Assembly: GCA_973895155.1 (NCBI GenBank)
Contig: OZ316891.1
Span: 7,557,808-7,621,807, forward strand
Length of the DNA stretch: 64,000 nucleotides
From: Marsupella aquatica
Taxonomy: Eukaryota > Plantae > Marchantiophyta
Reading direction: 5' to 3'
Shown here: piece by piece, positions 12,946-25,343 of the stretch
Position numbering within the stretch: position 1 is the first letter of the stretch
How the letters are laid out: every line of letters starts with the position of its first letter
Notes under the pieces: generated by a model
Told to the model about the DNA's origin: nothing
What the model saw: the letters and a program-made list of their open reading frames with translations, nothing else
Databases searched by the model: none
Position numbers and translations under genes: made by a program

Positions 12946-13245
12946 ACTGGTTGGGCACAACCGAATGTGAGGCCTGACCAGTCACGCCCAGGATCATACT
13001 GGTTGGGCACCAAATGTGAGGCCTGACCAGTCATGCCCAGGAATCATGACCAAAACAGAAGGCTGACTACTATGAGGAGAGTACCCAATTTGAGTGTATT
13101 CATTGACTCACATTGTCATTTTCACACACTGTTGTGACCCAAATCTGAGAGCCGGAAACTATCACTGCCCGGCTATACCCAGTTTTGGTGGGCCAATGTG
13201 CCGGAAACTATCACTGCCCGGCTATACCCAGTTTTGGCGGGCCAA
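12946..13245. repeat. Two short tandem duplications (about 52 bp x2 and about 50 bp x2)
   Basis: 'actggttgggcac..aatgtgaggcctgaccagtca.gcccagga' x2, and 'gccggaaactatcactgcccggctatacccagttttgg' x2. Confidence 0.9.
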
Positions 13246-13363
13246 AGCGGACCTGAGGTGTATTTTTTTTCAATATTTGAGATGCCTGATTGCTACTCTG
13301 AGTTGCATTTCACTTATTTCCGTGCATCAAAGGAACATGAGAGGAATCTACCATGAATAAGTG

Positions 13364-14332
13364 CAGGTGTATAAGTGCATTCTGTAGACGAGGAGAGTAC
13401 AGTCCACTGCACTTCTGGAGTGCAGGCTAGCCTACTTCGTCTTGTCCCCTAACATTACCCTTGCTAAACAACAAATACCTGCTCAATAATTCTGTAGTCC
13501 TGTCCCATAACACTATCCTTGCTAAACAACAAAAGCCTGCACTAAATGACAAATACATAAGTGCACTCTGCCTATATGCATTCTGTCTATAAATGCACTC
13601 ATACATAAGAAACATTTATTGATAAGGGTGACAGGTTACATTAAGTGTTTCATGTAGTTATTTAATGTATCTATTTATCCAGATGATCAAGCCGGGTGTG
13701 GGCTTGGCATATGAGGAAATATGATGTGTGTGACATAACATATATGAGGGAGTGCATAAGAGATTTCTCATGCACTCATTAGCTAGTGTAACCATGCACA
13801 CATTGAGCCGGCTCGGAGTGTGACGAATCTGATGTGTGACATTGAGCCGGCTCGAGTGCGAGGAATCTGATGTGTGTGACCTGATAAAATATATGAGAAA
13901 GTGCATGCGAGATATCTTATGCACTGGTTGGGTAGGGTAACCATGCACACATGGAGGGGCTCGGGGATGAGGGATTTGATGTGTGTGACCTGATGACACA
14001 TATCAGGAAGTGCATAAGAGATTTCTCATGCACTCCTTGGGTAGTGGAATGATATCCCATGCACTTACTCCTTAGTGATATCAGGAAGTGCATAAGAGAT
14101 TTCTCATGCATTCCTTGGGTAGTGCAACCATGCACAAGTGCATGAATGATATCCCATGCACTTACTCCGTAGTGCATACCTGGATAAGTGCTGTCTTGGG
14201 GAGTCTTCCGGTAGCCAGTCTCATGCACACTTGTTGTTGCACACTTGTTGGGTAGTGTAACCATGCATACATGGAGAAATGCATCGGTGGTATCCCATGC
14301 ACTTACACATTAGTGCATACCTGGATAAGTGC
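13364..14332. mobile_element. Repeat-rich, probably non-autonomous transposon-derived block (AAGTGCA / TGCATGAG motifs)
   Basis: Internal degenerate tandem repeats ('agtgcataagagatttctcatgcactc', 'gtagtgtaaccatgcacac', 'tctgatgtgtgtgacctgat') and sharp compositional borders. The ends read CAGGT...ACCTG. Confidence 0.5.
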
Positions 14333-15179
14333 TTCCTCTTCTGCTTCTTCTCCTGCTCGTGATTCTCCACCTACATCAATTTTTTCGTCCCTGTCCGTGA
14401 TTCGAAATCCGCAGCGCCGCCGACATCACTAGCCGAGGAGAGAATGCTCTTCGATCCCCAATGTCAATTTGGCTCCATCGGCAGCAGCCGGAGAAGTGGA
14501 AGACCAAAACGATGGTTACATTCTGAGTGAGACCTTTCAAGTATTAGTAGAGGGGAGGACGAGGTAGCTAGGAGAATCCGTCTGGCGTCTCGCGCCTTTG
14601 GTAATCATGGTCGTGGAGAGGATGACAATCATGTAAACTTTAGATTACTTGACTGTTTCTTCGGGAGTAATAGAATGACAACATACCTTCTCCCTCGAAT
14701 GCCGACATTGTGAATACTTTGCTGCTATTCTTAATTCGGTCCTTACATATGTTTCTTCGCGTTTGTGACTGATTTGACCTTCTCCTTAATTAATGAGTTC
14801 TTCTGAAGGAAATTCTGGATCGAGGGCTGAAGTCTTAACAGGAGTAAATTCTCCCTAAACCCTAAATAGAAGAATTTGAATAAATTGACAAGAGAGTTTC
14901 GTTTCCTGGTCGATCATTACCTCACACTCAAATTCGACGCCACTTCTCTCCTCCTGTCGCAGACGAGTAACTATGACGACGCATGTAACTACAGAATGAA
15001 TGCAAATCCCTGCTTCAACACGCAAGGGAACCCAGAACATATAGTGTTCCGAAGGGAAGGCGATGAAGCACAAACCACAAACATGTTGCCAGCGGTAAAG
15101 ATAAGGGCGAGGCCACAGAGCTGTCGAACTTCGATCAACTCAAATGTCAGAGAATAAAAGCAGAAAAGGATTTGACTCC

Positions 15180-15340
15180 GGAACAAGAGGAAATCACTAA
15201 GCTTGAGGGCGATAACTGATCTAGTATTTCCTTATCTAGTCCGTAACCGGGAGGCAGCTGGAACAAGAGTCAATCACTAAGCTTTGAGGGCGATAACTGA
15301 TCTAGTAGGTCTTTATCTAGTTCGTAACTGGGAGGCAACT
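15180..15340. repeat. Tandem duplication of about 80 bp
   Basis: 'ggaacaagag..aatcactaagct(t)tgagggcgataactgatctagta...ttatctagt.cgtaac.gggaggca.ctg' x2. Confidence 0.9.
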
Positions 15341-18300
15341 GATGTAAAGAACGGGATCAATTGATTGCTGACCTAGAATCTTGGAGTTCACTTCCCCGTC
15401 AAGTAAAGAATTTCTAAACGAGTCCGGTTGTCATTGGAAAAGGAGAACTGTTTCATGTCAGAAAATTGATAGGTCATCGTCCATTGCCAACGGTGGCCGT
15501 CCGGATTGTCATTTCAGTGGTTGCCAGAATCACAGAGGGCGCTATCTGAATAGCCTAATTTTTGTGCTGATATTTCGCTCGACCACTTGCAAGTTCAAGA
15601 GTGACATGTGGATCGTATGTTTAACTTTGGATCATTCTGGTTTTGATACTTGATCCATAGCAAAAGGTATGTACCAATCTTCGAATGGGGTAACCTTGAT
15701 CTATGGCAACGATAAAGACCAATGGCCGTTACCGAGCTATTACCGGGCTGTTACCTACTCCACAAAGAGCTGACAGAATCGCCTGATCGAGTCAATGTCT
15801 AACCTGCAACGTACCAAATTTCCCGATAGCTCTGATCAATCCAACACCCTATCTCTGAGTGTTCCTCCCTCAGCTCCGTCTTCTTCTTAGCTTTTATTCC
15901 CCTCCTTTCGGTCGTTCGATAGCTAGGAGGAGCCGACCCAGACTCTTAACATCTTGTATAACTTTGTATTTTTCTGTAACGATTGACTATCGGTAGTCCA
16001 CATCAACTTCCCTTCCTGGTCCACAACTGACAGCACCTACTCGTGAAGACTGTTAGCATCTAACGATGGCATGTCGAGGAAAGAAATTGTCCTGCTAGAG
16101 CTAGACCGAAGGCTCACGATGAATCACCTTTACGTCCCATTTTGAATATACACAGTTGACTCCAACCTTGGACCGAAACCCCCCTGAATATATAGATCCC
16201 TGATCCCCATAGTCACCTCGTTTGAGTCCAAATTTCCATACATGAACACTTCACTATTGCTTCACACACTCGCTATGACTCAAATAATCAGCTTTCAACA
16301 AAAGAATCATATTATTGCAAACAATTGGCTAGTGCTACTGCTGTTGAGGTGTGAGCTTTACGTTTCAGAGCTCCAAGAATAATTGCCCGGTTGGAAATGG
16401 GATCCTCCTTACCTCAAGAAAACTCATACCTTTGTTGTGTCACCACCGAGATAGTCGAGAGCACCATAAGCCATATTTCCAGAAGCTATCACTCTCTCTA
16501 ATTGCATCGGTATATGCAGAAAAAGAGACTTTGAGAAGACTAGCTTTTTGAGAGAATTCAACCCAAATGATCGAAGTCATAATTGATGACAACGCTACCC
16601 TGAAACGGGCTCCTTCAAACATTCTTCAGAACAAAGCAAGCAGATTCGTTTCTCTGTCTGTGATACGGCCGAAAAATCAGTCAAATGGCACAATGGTAAA
16701 ACGGTTTCTCAGCAAATGAGAGAAGTGACACTGAATGAAATGGCATATTCGACCGCAAATGTGCTAAATTACCGAGAGGGTTAGAGACACAGTCCGAGAG
16801 AGGTCTTGAAACTTTTGACCTCGCGCTTCAGACGTTCACATTAAATTTCCACCAGTAATCTCTCGCTCGGGTACAAATGAAGTGGAAAATCTTGCAGTGC
16901 GTGCTGAGTATGTAATTGAGACTTCCTTACGCAACTCTTGCCTTGGCTCGTGGTTCCAGAGTAAAACATATTAAGAATTCTACCGACAAAATTAAGCAAG
17001 AGAAGCTGGGGGATCGGAAGGAAACTTGAATTGAGGAAACGGAGGCAGCGCAAACTGCGGAAGTTTGGCAAGAAAACGGGGAAAACGAGAATTTCGGGAA
17101 GGTAGGCGTTTCAAGAAAAACATGCATCATACTCTACTCGTTCACTACAACCGGCAGAAGAGGAAGAAGAAATTGAGCTGGCTTGTGAGCTTCCAATAAT
17201 CAACCTTGGCTATGGTTGGGTCCCCTCCCATATTTAACAATTGAACCTGATCGAACAAGACGTCAATACTTAATTCCCGCACTCTTAACACAGAGTGCGC
17301 TTATGGCTCCTCGTCCGAAGAGCACCTGAGAATGACGATGAGCCAAGCAATCACCATTCAAGGCGTCGAGAAACTGGTCCCGCTACAGCTTACGTACGTA
17401 CTAACTCCTCGATCAGTCTCTCGACGGGTAGCTGTGTCGACAAGCACATTGTGGCGTATGCTCAGCCATCCACGACGCATCGCTCAATCGATTGTCGTTG
17501 TTGGTACGAACTACGAAATTACCCTACCGTATGTCAAGTACAGTAGCAATTTCGATCTGCCAACTTCATCGTCTTATTTTTCGTGCATGTTGAGTTGTTG
17601 ACTGGTCAGTGTGATGATTGAGTCTCAGCTCGCGAGTTGAAATTTGTTGCTTACGAAGGCGTTAATTGACATTGAGTTTGAGATTTAGCTTGAGAGCCTC
17701 TCCAGCAATCAAACAATCAATCAATTACAATTACTGGTTACTGGACCGTTGTCTAGCAACTCTGTCGCAGCCGTAGCTACGGGCATGACTGATGGGAAAC
17801 GTGAATTGAACCGGAATCTAGGACGTGCACTCTTGCATGTCGATCTCTTCTAAGGGATCGCTTTTATATCCTGGTACAATTGTTAAAAGCGTACAATTGT
17901 TTGGTACCTGACTGAGAAAATAGTTTAGAGTACCTAAATTTTTATGTAAACATTGACTTTTCAATGTATACATTGTTTTTTAATGTATTTTAAAAGTACA
18001 AGCGAACTAAGGAGAATACTATATTTGTTTTATGGGACAAAACGTAATTAATGTTTGGGCTCTTAGTTGCAGGACCCAGGATGGCACTAGTACCGTAGGT
18101 ACGTTTCGGGTTAAGTTGATATTATTTCTTTGCAAATTATCGCTAAATTGCCAGAGATCCTTTCTCTAGATTTCAAGTTTTTAATTTAAAAACATTCAAG
18201 CTTTTGGACACTCAAAACTCTGCTGGACACAAATGAAGCCTCCAAAAAATGTGTTAGTTCCTTCGAGGCAGGCTGACAAATGTTCTCGTAAGAGTTATTT

Positions 18301-18944
18301 ATAATACAAAAAATATATATATATATCCTTTTCATTTGTATATTTTGCTTCACCTAATCATTTTACCCCAGCTGTCATCTAGTCATTTCCCTTGTCACCC
18401 TAGGGGCCCCTAAACTAAATTTCACCCCCCCTTGTCACCTGGCCATTTTCCATTTCACCTGGTGATTTCCCCTTTCATCTATTTCTTCTCCCTGCATATG
18501 GATGAACAGCTGGACAGATGGCCGTATTGACAGTCTACAGGCATGCTCATTCCTGATCACCCCTACACCAAACTCCTTTAAGGATGGACCCACAGAGGAG
18601 CAAAGGGACAAAGGCATTGTATAGGAATTTACTTGTTGGGAGTTTCTCCAGACAATAGAGTGACTGTGTCAAATTGAAAGGGGTGAGTCAGGTAGACCTG
18701 TCTGTAGTACCTTAACAAGGGGTGTCAAACTTACACAGGGGTGCAGACAACTTGAGACGGTTGAAGTAAAGCAGGCTAGCCCCATCTATGTAATAAAGCG
18801 GGATCAAAAGCTATGGTAAGGGCACGACTATGTTTGGAGTGGAACTTGAAACAAGCACTGGTACTAACCATTTATTTAGAGCATTCATGCTAGTGATGTA
18901 TAATTACCAGGTTCATGACCAAGAGGTTGGTCACACAGGGTAAA

Positions 18945-19316
18945 TCTAACACTATAATAGGCAATCCCGCCCATTTGGCCACTTTCGTCCGTCGTCCCGT
19001 TATGAATTTGAATATCAACGGGAATGAAACTGAACCGTCAGATTAAAGCATCTCTTTTTTCGTATCCGTCCGATCGTTTAACGAGACACGCATGCCAGGA
19101 ACGACGCACACAGGCAGGCGCAGGCCCACGTAATTGCTCCCTTCCATGCATAGGGCTTCGGGCCCTGCCTCGCCACGCCTCCCTTCCGTGCATAGGGCTT
19201 CGTGCCCTCCTGGCTGCCTGCCTCGCTCGCCTCCCTTCCCACGCTTACATTCCATGCGCTTTTTCCCTATGGGACCAGCCCTCCTTGCACAGTGCAACGC
19301 ACTGGCATTGGGCTCG
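18945..19316 (+). mobile_element. Non-autonomous Helitron-like element (372 bp)
   Basis: Begins A|TCTAACACTATAATA. Subterminal hairpin CAGTGC-AAC-GCACTG at 19290-19304. Ends CTCG|T, one change from the canonical CTAG|T. The interior is GC/CpG-rich, unlike the flanks. Confidence 0.65.
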
Positions 19317-19364
19317 TGATGTATAATTACCAGGTTCATGACCAAGAGGTTGGTCACACAGGGT

Positions 19365-19367
<3 letters not shown>

Positions 19368-19420
<53 letters not shown>
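19368..19420. repeat. Compound (CT)n(GT)n microsatellite
   Basis: Directly visible. Confidence 0.95.
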
Positions 19421-21101
19421 GACCTTGTTTCTCCTTGAACATTATTATACCCACCCTTGCTATTCTGGCCCCTACATGGATTTGGGATTTTACAGTTCGC
19501 TTTTTCCTAGTAGATAGTTTTTAAGAAGGGTTGGTTCTATTACTATTCTCAAATGTTTGCTACAACCCAAAGTTGAATCCATTTTTGAATAATTTTTGGA
19601 TTCAATATTGCATGGAGGCTAATTAAGAAGGCCCTGCCTCACATCATTCAGGGTTACCTCACCCCGGCACTCAACATGCAAGGGTAGAAACACTTGAAAT
19701 AAGTCATACAAATACATGTATTATGAGCAAAGCTAGACCATTCAAATTACAACTATTTATAAAGGCAGGGTTGAAAACAAATGAAATAGGTCATACAAAT
19801 AAATATATTTACGAGGAAACCTTGAGCCTTCAAGCTACAAATGCATGTCTTTACATGCTTATAGGCCCATTCAAGCTAGACATTATATTAATATAATATA
19901 TACTATAAATACACAGGGACCGAATCGAACTCAGTCCAATTTAGCAATCTTTCGGACTTGGTATTTTTTTCCTTTGTTTTAAAGCAGTCAGCAGTATTTC
20001 GAGCTTAGAAAATTAGCCCAAGAAAAATACGCTGGTACTAAGGATCACGAGTAAGAAGCTATTACTTGTTCTCGTCCGTGATTGAGTGAGTTGGACCGAC
20101 CATAATTATTATGATTGGGAGCTGGTACAGTCAGTCGGTCTTTTAGCAAGCAAAAAGTAGTTACTTACCATCCTCTTCAAGGCATTGTGGTACAGAAGCA
20201 ATCAGTCAGTCTGAGCTCGGGCTCGGAATTCTACCATTCCCGCAGGACAGAACTGAACTTCTCAGGACCGATGAATCTCATCATCTCCAATTTTTACTCG
20301 AAGGAATTCGTTTCGTTGAAGCGATGACACGAACATGAACACACAGAATGATTAAAATTTTGGTTGGAGGGACAAAGCTTACGAGTAGAGACGATGTACT
20401 AGGTGCTGTGGGTCGAGTGATCGAGCTGTCAGGCTTTGCGATCATGTGGAGACCGATGTGGGATTTTGTGGTTAGTGTGCGGTACGATTCACAGCAAGTG
20501 CGGCGATTCTCACTCGGCATAGGAGCGATCCCGGTGGTCGCGTACAAGTGAGAGAAGCCGAGGAGGAGCTGAAAGCTGGGGAGTAGGAGAGACTGGAGAG
20601 CCCGTGAACGAGCGAAGCTTGCACAAGATACAGGAGGTTCGCCTGAGTGAGAAAAAGGTACAAACTGATCACTTGATTCGCTCGAGAAATTTCCGCAGAG
20701 CAGACGCAGAGAAGCGTAAGGAGCGCTCATTCTTTGCCGTAGTACAACCGATTGTGCGTCAATTTCTAGGTGCCGTGCGGAAATGCACAATTTGTCTTAT
20801 GGTTACTGCTGGCCACTCTCAAAGTACTTGTCGTTCAATTTCTGTTCCAGTCTTCTGGGCGAAGTGGTTGCAGTGATTTGCTTCACGAGGTGTAGCATGA
20901 ACATCGATGGGGACCCGTCGAGAAGATGGATGTAAACGGGCTTATTCCGTGCTGCAAGATGTCAAAGTTGAGGGAGGAGTAAGTTGCAAAGGGCTGACTG
21001 AGTAGGACTGAGAGATAGAAAAAGGGTGGATACACAGAGCTTTTGATCGCTTGGTGGTGTCCACCTCGAGGGGTTTATCCGCCGCTTCGAAAGGTCAAAA
21101 A

Positions 21102-23726
21102 ATGTCAGAGAGCGCGGACTTCAGATCAGTGTCTTTCAAAGAAATTCAGACGGTGGAATTGGAACACATTCCAATTCGGGAGGTTTTCCAAAAATTGCAT
21201 TGCACGAGGGAAGGTTTGCCGAGCGCAGAGGCCGAAAAGCGCCTTCAAGTTTATGGATATAATAAGCTAGAAGAGGTGAAGGAGAACAAGATCCTCAAAT
21301 TTCTGGGGTTCATGTGGAACCCCCTCTCGTGGGTCATGGAGCTGGCTGCCATCATGGCGATAGGGCTGGCCAATGGACAAGGGCGTCCTCCCGACTGGCA
21401 GGACTTCGTGGGAATTGTGGTGATGCTTTTGGCGAATTCCACAGTGAGTTTTATCGAGGAGAACAACGCAGGCAATGCTGCAGCGGCCCTCATGGCACGC
21501 CTCGCTCTGCACGCCAGGGCCCTTCGAGATGCACAGTGGGTCGACATCGAAGCTGCATTACTCGTGCCTGGAGACATCGTGAGCATTAAATTAGGCGACA
21601 TAATTCCCGCAGATGCACGGCTGCTGGAAGGGGACCCTCTCAAAATCGACCAGTCAGCTCTCACTGGAGAGTCGCTCCCAGTGACAAAGAGACCGGGCGA
21701 CGGAGTGTACTCAGGCTCGACATGTAAGCAGGGGGAGCTTCTCGCCGTAGTCATCGCCACCGGTGCGAGCACTTTCTTTGGTAAGGCTGCGCACCTGGTG
21801 GACAACACTTCCGCAGTCGGGCATTTCCAACAAGTTCTCACATCGATAGGAAACTTCTGCATTTGCTCTATCGCGATAGGCATTCTGATAGAATTGATAG
21901 CCATGTACGCCATCCAACACCGCTCCTACCGAGACGGTATCGACAACATCCTCGTCCTGCTCATCGGGGGGATCCCAATTGCCATGCCCACGGTTCTGTC
22001 CGTAACGATGGCCATCGGGTCGCATCGGCTCGCCAATCAGGGTGCCATCACCAAGCGCATGACTGCTATCGAAGAGATGGCCGGTATGGACGTGCTCTGC
22101 AGCGACAAGACAGGGACGCTGACGCTCAATAAGCTTACAATCGACAAAAATCTGATTGATGCTTTCGATTTCGGGTACGGCGTTGACAAGGAGCTGGTTG
22201 TGCTACTTGCAGCTCGAGCGTCGAGGACGGAGAATAAAGATGCCATAGACACGGCAGTTGTTGGAACTCTGGCGGACCCGCAGGAAGCTCGTAAGAACAT
22301 AACAGAGGTACACTTCCTGCCGTTTAATCCCAACGACAAGCGCTGTGCGATCACCTACATTGACGAGAACGAAAAGTGGTGGCGTGCCAGCAAAGGAGCC
22401 CCGGAGCAGATCCTGGCACTGGTCCATAACAAAGAAGAGATTTCTGAGCGCGTGTTTGCTAGCATCAACAAGTTCGCAGAGCGCGGCCTGCGATCCCTTG
22501 GTGTTGCCATTCAGGAAGTCCCAGAAAAAAGCATGGAAGGCAGAGGGGGGCCGTGGATGTTCTGCGGTTTGATGCCGCTGTTCGACCCGCCTCGTCACGA
22601 CAGTGCTGACACTATTTGCAGAGCCATAGAGCTCGGAATCAATGTGAAGATGATCACAGGAGACCAGCTGGCCATCGCGAAAGAGACGGGACGAAGGCTA
22701 GGAATGGGGCTCCAGATGTATCCTTCTTCATCTCTCCTAAATTCTGATTCCTCTTCTCTAGTTTCCGCAGAAGGCGACGAGTTAATCGAGAGGGCGGATG
22801 GGTTTGCAGGGGTTTTCCCGGAGCACAAGTATGAGATAGTTCGACGCTTGCAGAGCAGGAAGCACATCGTCGGAATGACCGGCGACGGCGTGAACGATGC
22901 TCCGGCTTTGAAAAGAGCTGACATCGGCATTGCTGTTGACGACGCAACGGACGCAGCCCGCAGTGCATCCGACATAGTTCTGACTGAGCCGGGGCTGACT
23001 GTGATCATCAGCGCAGTGCTCACAAGCCGAGCCATCTTCCAACGCATGAAGAATTACACCATCTACGCCGTCTCTATAACGGTTCGAATCGTGGTCGGAT
23101 TCACTCTCATGGAGCTCATCTGGAAGTACAATTTCTCGCCGTTCATGATCCTCGTAATTGCGCTGCTCAACGATGGAACGATCATGACCATCGCCAAGGA
23201 CCGCGTGAAGGCATCTCCGAAGCCCGATAGCTGGAAGCTCAAGGAAATCTTCGCTACGGGAGTGGTGTTGGGCACCTACCTCGCGGCGGTGACTGTCACG
23301 TTCTTCTGGATCGTCAAAGAGACTGACTGGTTCGAGCGGACCTTCCACTTACGACAGCTCAAGCATCACAGAAATCGGCTGACAGCCGCTGTGTATCTCC
23401 AAGTGAGCATCGTGTCCCAGGCGCTCATCTTTGTCACTAGGTCGAGAACCTGGTCGTTCCTGGAGCGCCCGGGCCTTCTGCTGTTGACTGCGTTCATTCT
23501 CGCTCAGGCGGTTGCCACACTCTTGGCCGTGTATGCGAACTGGGGGTTTGCGCATATAGAGGGCATCGGGTGGAGGTGGGCAGGCGTCATCTGGCTCCAC
23601 AGTGTCATATTCTACCTCCCCCTGGACCCCATCAAGTTTGCTACTCGCTGGCTAATATCACGGAATTATCACAGGTTCCCGTTTTGTTTACCAGCTTGTT
23701 TCTCAAAATTTCTTCCAAACAGATGA
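21102..23726 (+). CDS. Plasma-membrane H+-ATPase (P-type, P3A), intronless, with no C-terminal R domain or penultimate Thr
   Basis: Single ORF, first ATG at 21102. Motifs: [40 protein letters not shown] (phospho-Asp), [22 protein letters not shown] and LNDGTIMTI. The ORF stops about 30 aa after the last TM helix. Confidence 0.97.
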   Translation: MSESADFRSVSFKEIQTVELEHIPIREVFQKLHCTREGLPSAEAEKRLQVYGYNKLEEVKENKILKFLGFMWNPLSWVMELAAIMAIGLANGQGRPPDWQDFVGIVVMLLANSTVSFIEENNAGNAAAALMARLALHARALRDAQWVDIEAALLVPGDIVSIKLGDIIPADARLLEGDPLKIDQSALTGESLPVTKRPGDGVYSGSTCKQGELLAVVIATGASTFFGKAAHLVDNTSAVGHFQQVLTSIGNFCICSIAIGILIELIAMYAIQHRSYRDGIDNILVLLIGGIPIAMPTVLSVTMAIGSHRLANQGAITKRMTAIEEMAGMDVLCSDKTGTLTLNKLTIDKNLIDAFDFGYGVDKELVVLLAARASRTENKDAIDTAVVGTLADPQEARKNITEVHFLPFNPNDKRCAITYIDENEKWWRASKGAPEQILALVHNKEEISERVFASINKFAERGLRSLGVAIQEVPEKSMEGRGGPWMFCGLMPLFDPPRHDSADTICRAIELGINVKMITGDQLAIAKETGRRLGMGLQMYPSSSLLNSDSSSLVSAEGDELIERADGFAGVFPEHKYEIVRRLQSRKHIVGMTGDGVNDAPALKRADIGIAVDDATDAARSASDIVLTEPGLTVIISAVLTSRAIFQRMKNYTIYAVSITVRIVVGFTLMELIWKYNFSPFMILVIALLNDGTIMTIAKDRVKASPKPDSWKLKEIFATGVVLGTYLAAVTVTFFWIVKETDWFERTFHLRQLKHHRNRLTAAVYLQVSIVSQALIFVTRSRTWSFLERPGLLLLTAFILAQAVATLLAVYANWGFAHIEGIGWRWAGVIWLHSVIFYLPLDPIKFATRWLISRNYHRFPFCLPACFSKFLPNR

Positions 23727-24833
23727 CTTTTGCTCTAGCTGCCGTAGGTAGCTACTTCTCAGTCTCGAGGAAAGTTTTGCCGTTCAAATTAACCAAGCCA
23801 GAGCCCGGCCAGAAGATTGCCGCATGAATGAAGGGTTAATTTATATGACCACTGGGGTCCAGCGCTCAGCATTTCGGAAATGTCGTTTAGGAGCCGCATA
23901 GTCTTGTAGGCAGGAAGGTCGTAGACTCTTGACTGTAATATATCTTGCCGCGGCCCCAGTCAAAGATTGAGGCTACCTTGTGTCGGAAGTTTTTTTGAAG
24001 ATTTAAGCTTTGACGAGTGTTCACCCAGGCAGCTATCGAAGACGCAGCTCTAGCTTTGAAGACCACTCCTGGCGTAGAGAACCCTGTCGATGCACCAAGT
24101 AACTGACGGATTGGCATCAGAAGTTCGGCATGTGATTTCCGAACTTTGTGATAATCAAGAGCTGCAAGCACAAGTTTTGAGAACAACTGAAGTTCAAATC
24201 AAGGCGATCGACGAGGCACGCACGAATTGTAAAGTTTGACAAACTGTAGCCGTAGCTAGCGATTCACTATGTCAGCAGCATTTCTTCATGAAAATACTCG
24301 GGAATGCAAACGGCGCTCAAGGGGATAGAATTGATTCAGAGAGTGACAAGGATGCTCACTTGTACAGTCTTGGAATATGACTCGATCAACTCGTACAGCA
24401 ACTTTGTAAACATGTGCTGGTTTTCAATTTAGTCATACGACAGTCAAGCTGACTTCCGGACCGGGTCGGGATCATTTGTTCACTATGTGAGTGTGCGATA
24501 GATTCCAAGGGGCCCTGTCATTGCTGGTTGTGGCGAAGTTCTTCACCCAGACAATTCGTAAAGTCAATTAGTGATTCCTATTTAATTGTTCTGGCTGCGA
24601 CACTTTTTCTCTCATGAGTGAACAAGATTTCCAGTACAAGGATTACGAGGATGTCAGCGAATGTCCGCACATCAACTCCAGTGGGAAACACTACAGAAAC
24701 CACTTCTTTGTTTCTACTTAGAAAGAAAGTGCACGATACTTCATACGAATGTGCAACATGTAAAACTGGTCATATTATCCCATGTAGACATCGAGTTAAG
24801 AACGCTATCTTAACTTGCCAGGAGTAACCATGA

Positions 24834-25343
24834 CATTGCGCTGTCGGCAATGCAATTTGGATTATCAATGTTAGAAGAAGAGTATTCAACAACCTGGGAG
24901 GGTCTTGAATGACCGGTACAAGTGGACAATGCAGCTTGAATTACACCGAGTAATTAAAACCAGCAACCAAGAAACAAGTCGATGGAACTTGACACTCGCG
25001 TTTCTCCTCTACGTGAACTTGACAAGAAAGGAAACCTAGTGGGATAGGTTTTTCAGGTTCCTGACAACATTTTAGACTAGATTTCATTGCGCTGTGGCAA
25101 ATGCAACTTGAATTATGTTAGAAGAAGAGTATTCAACAACCCCTGGGAGGCTCTTGAATGGCCGGGATAAGTGGACAGTGCAGCCTCAATAACACTAGAC
25201 CGAGGAATCAAGAGCAAACAGCCATTCAAGAAACAAGTTGATCGAACTTTATACTCGCGTTTCTTCTCTACGTGAACTTGACAAGAAGTAATCCAGCGGA
25301 ATAGGTGTTCAAGGTTCCTGGCAACAATTTAGACTAGATTTCA
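24834..25343. repeat. Diverged tandem duplication of about 255 bp
   Basis: 'cattgcgctgt...gttagaagaagagtattcaacaacc...ctacgtgaacttgacaagaa...tttagactagatttca' x2. Confidence 0.9.

Noticed and set aside
15638-16031. Possible LTR with a tRNA-Met primer-binding site on the minus strand
   Set aside because: Only about 10/14 match to the PBS consensus, with no second LTR, TSD or gag/pol remnant.
16445-16512. Imperfect hairpin as a pre-miRNA
   Set aside because: Too many bulges, and no match to conserved miRNA sequences that I recall. It needs small-RNA data.
21251-23600. Several long antisense or alternate-frame ORFs over the H+-ATPase
   Set aside because: Expected shadow ORFs of a GC-rich coding sequence, with no independent motifs.
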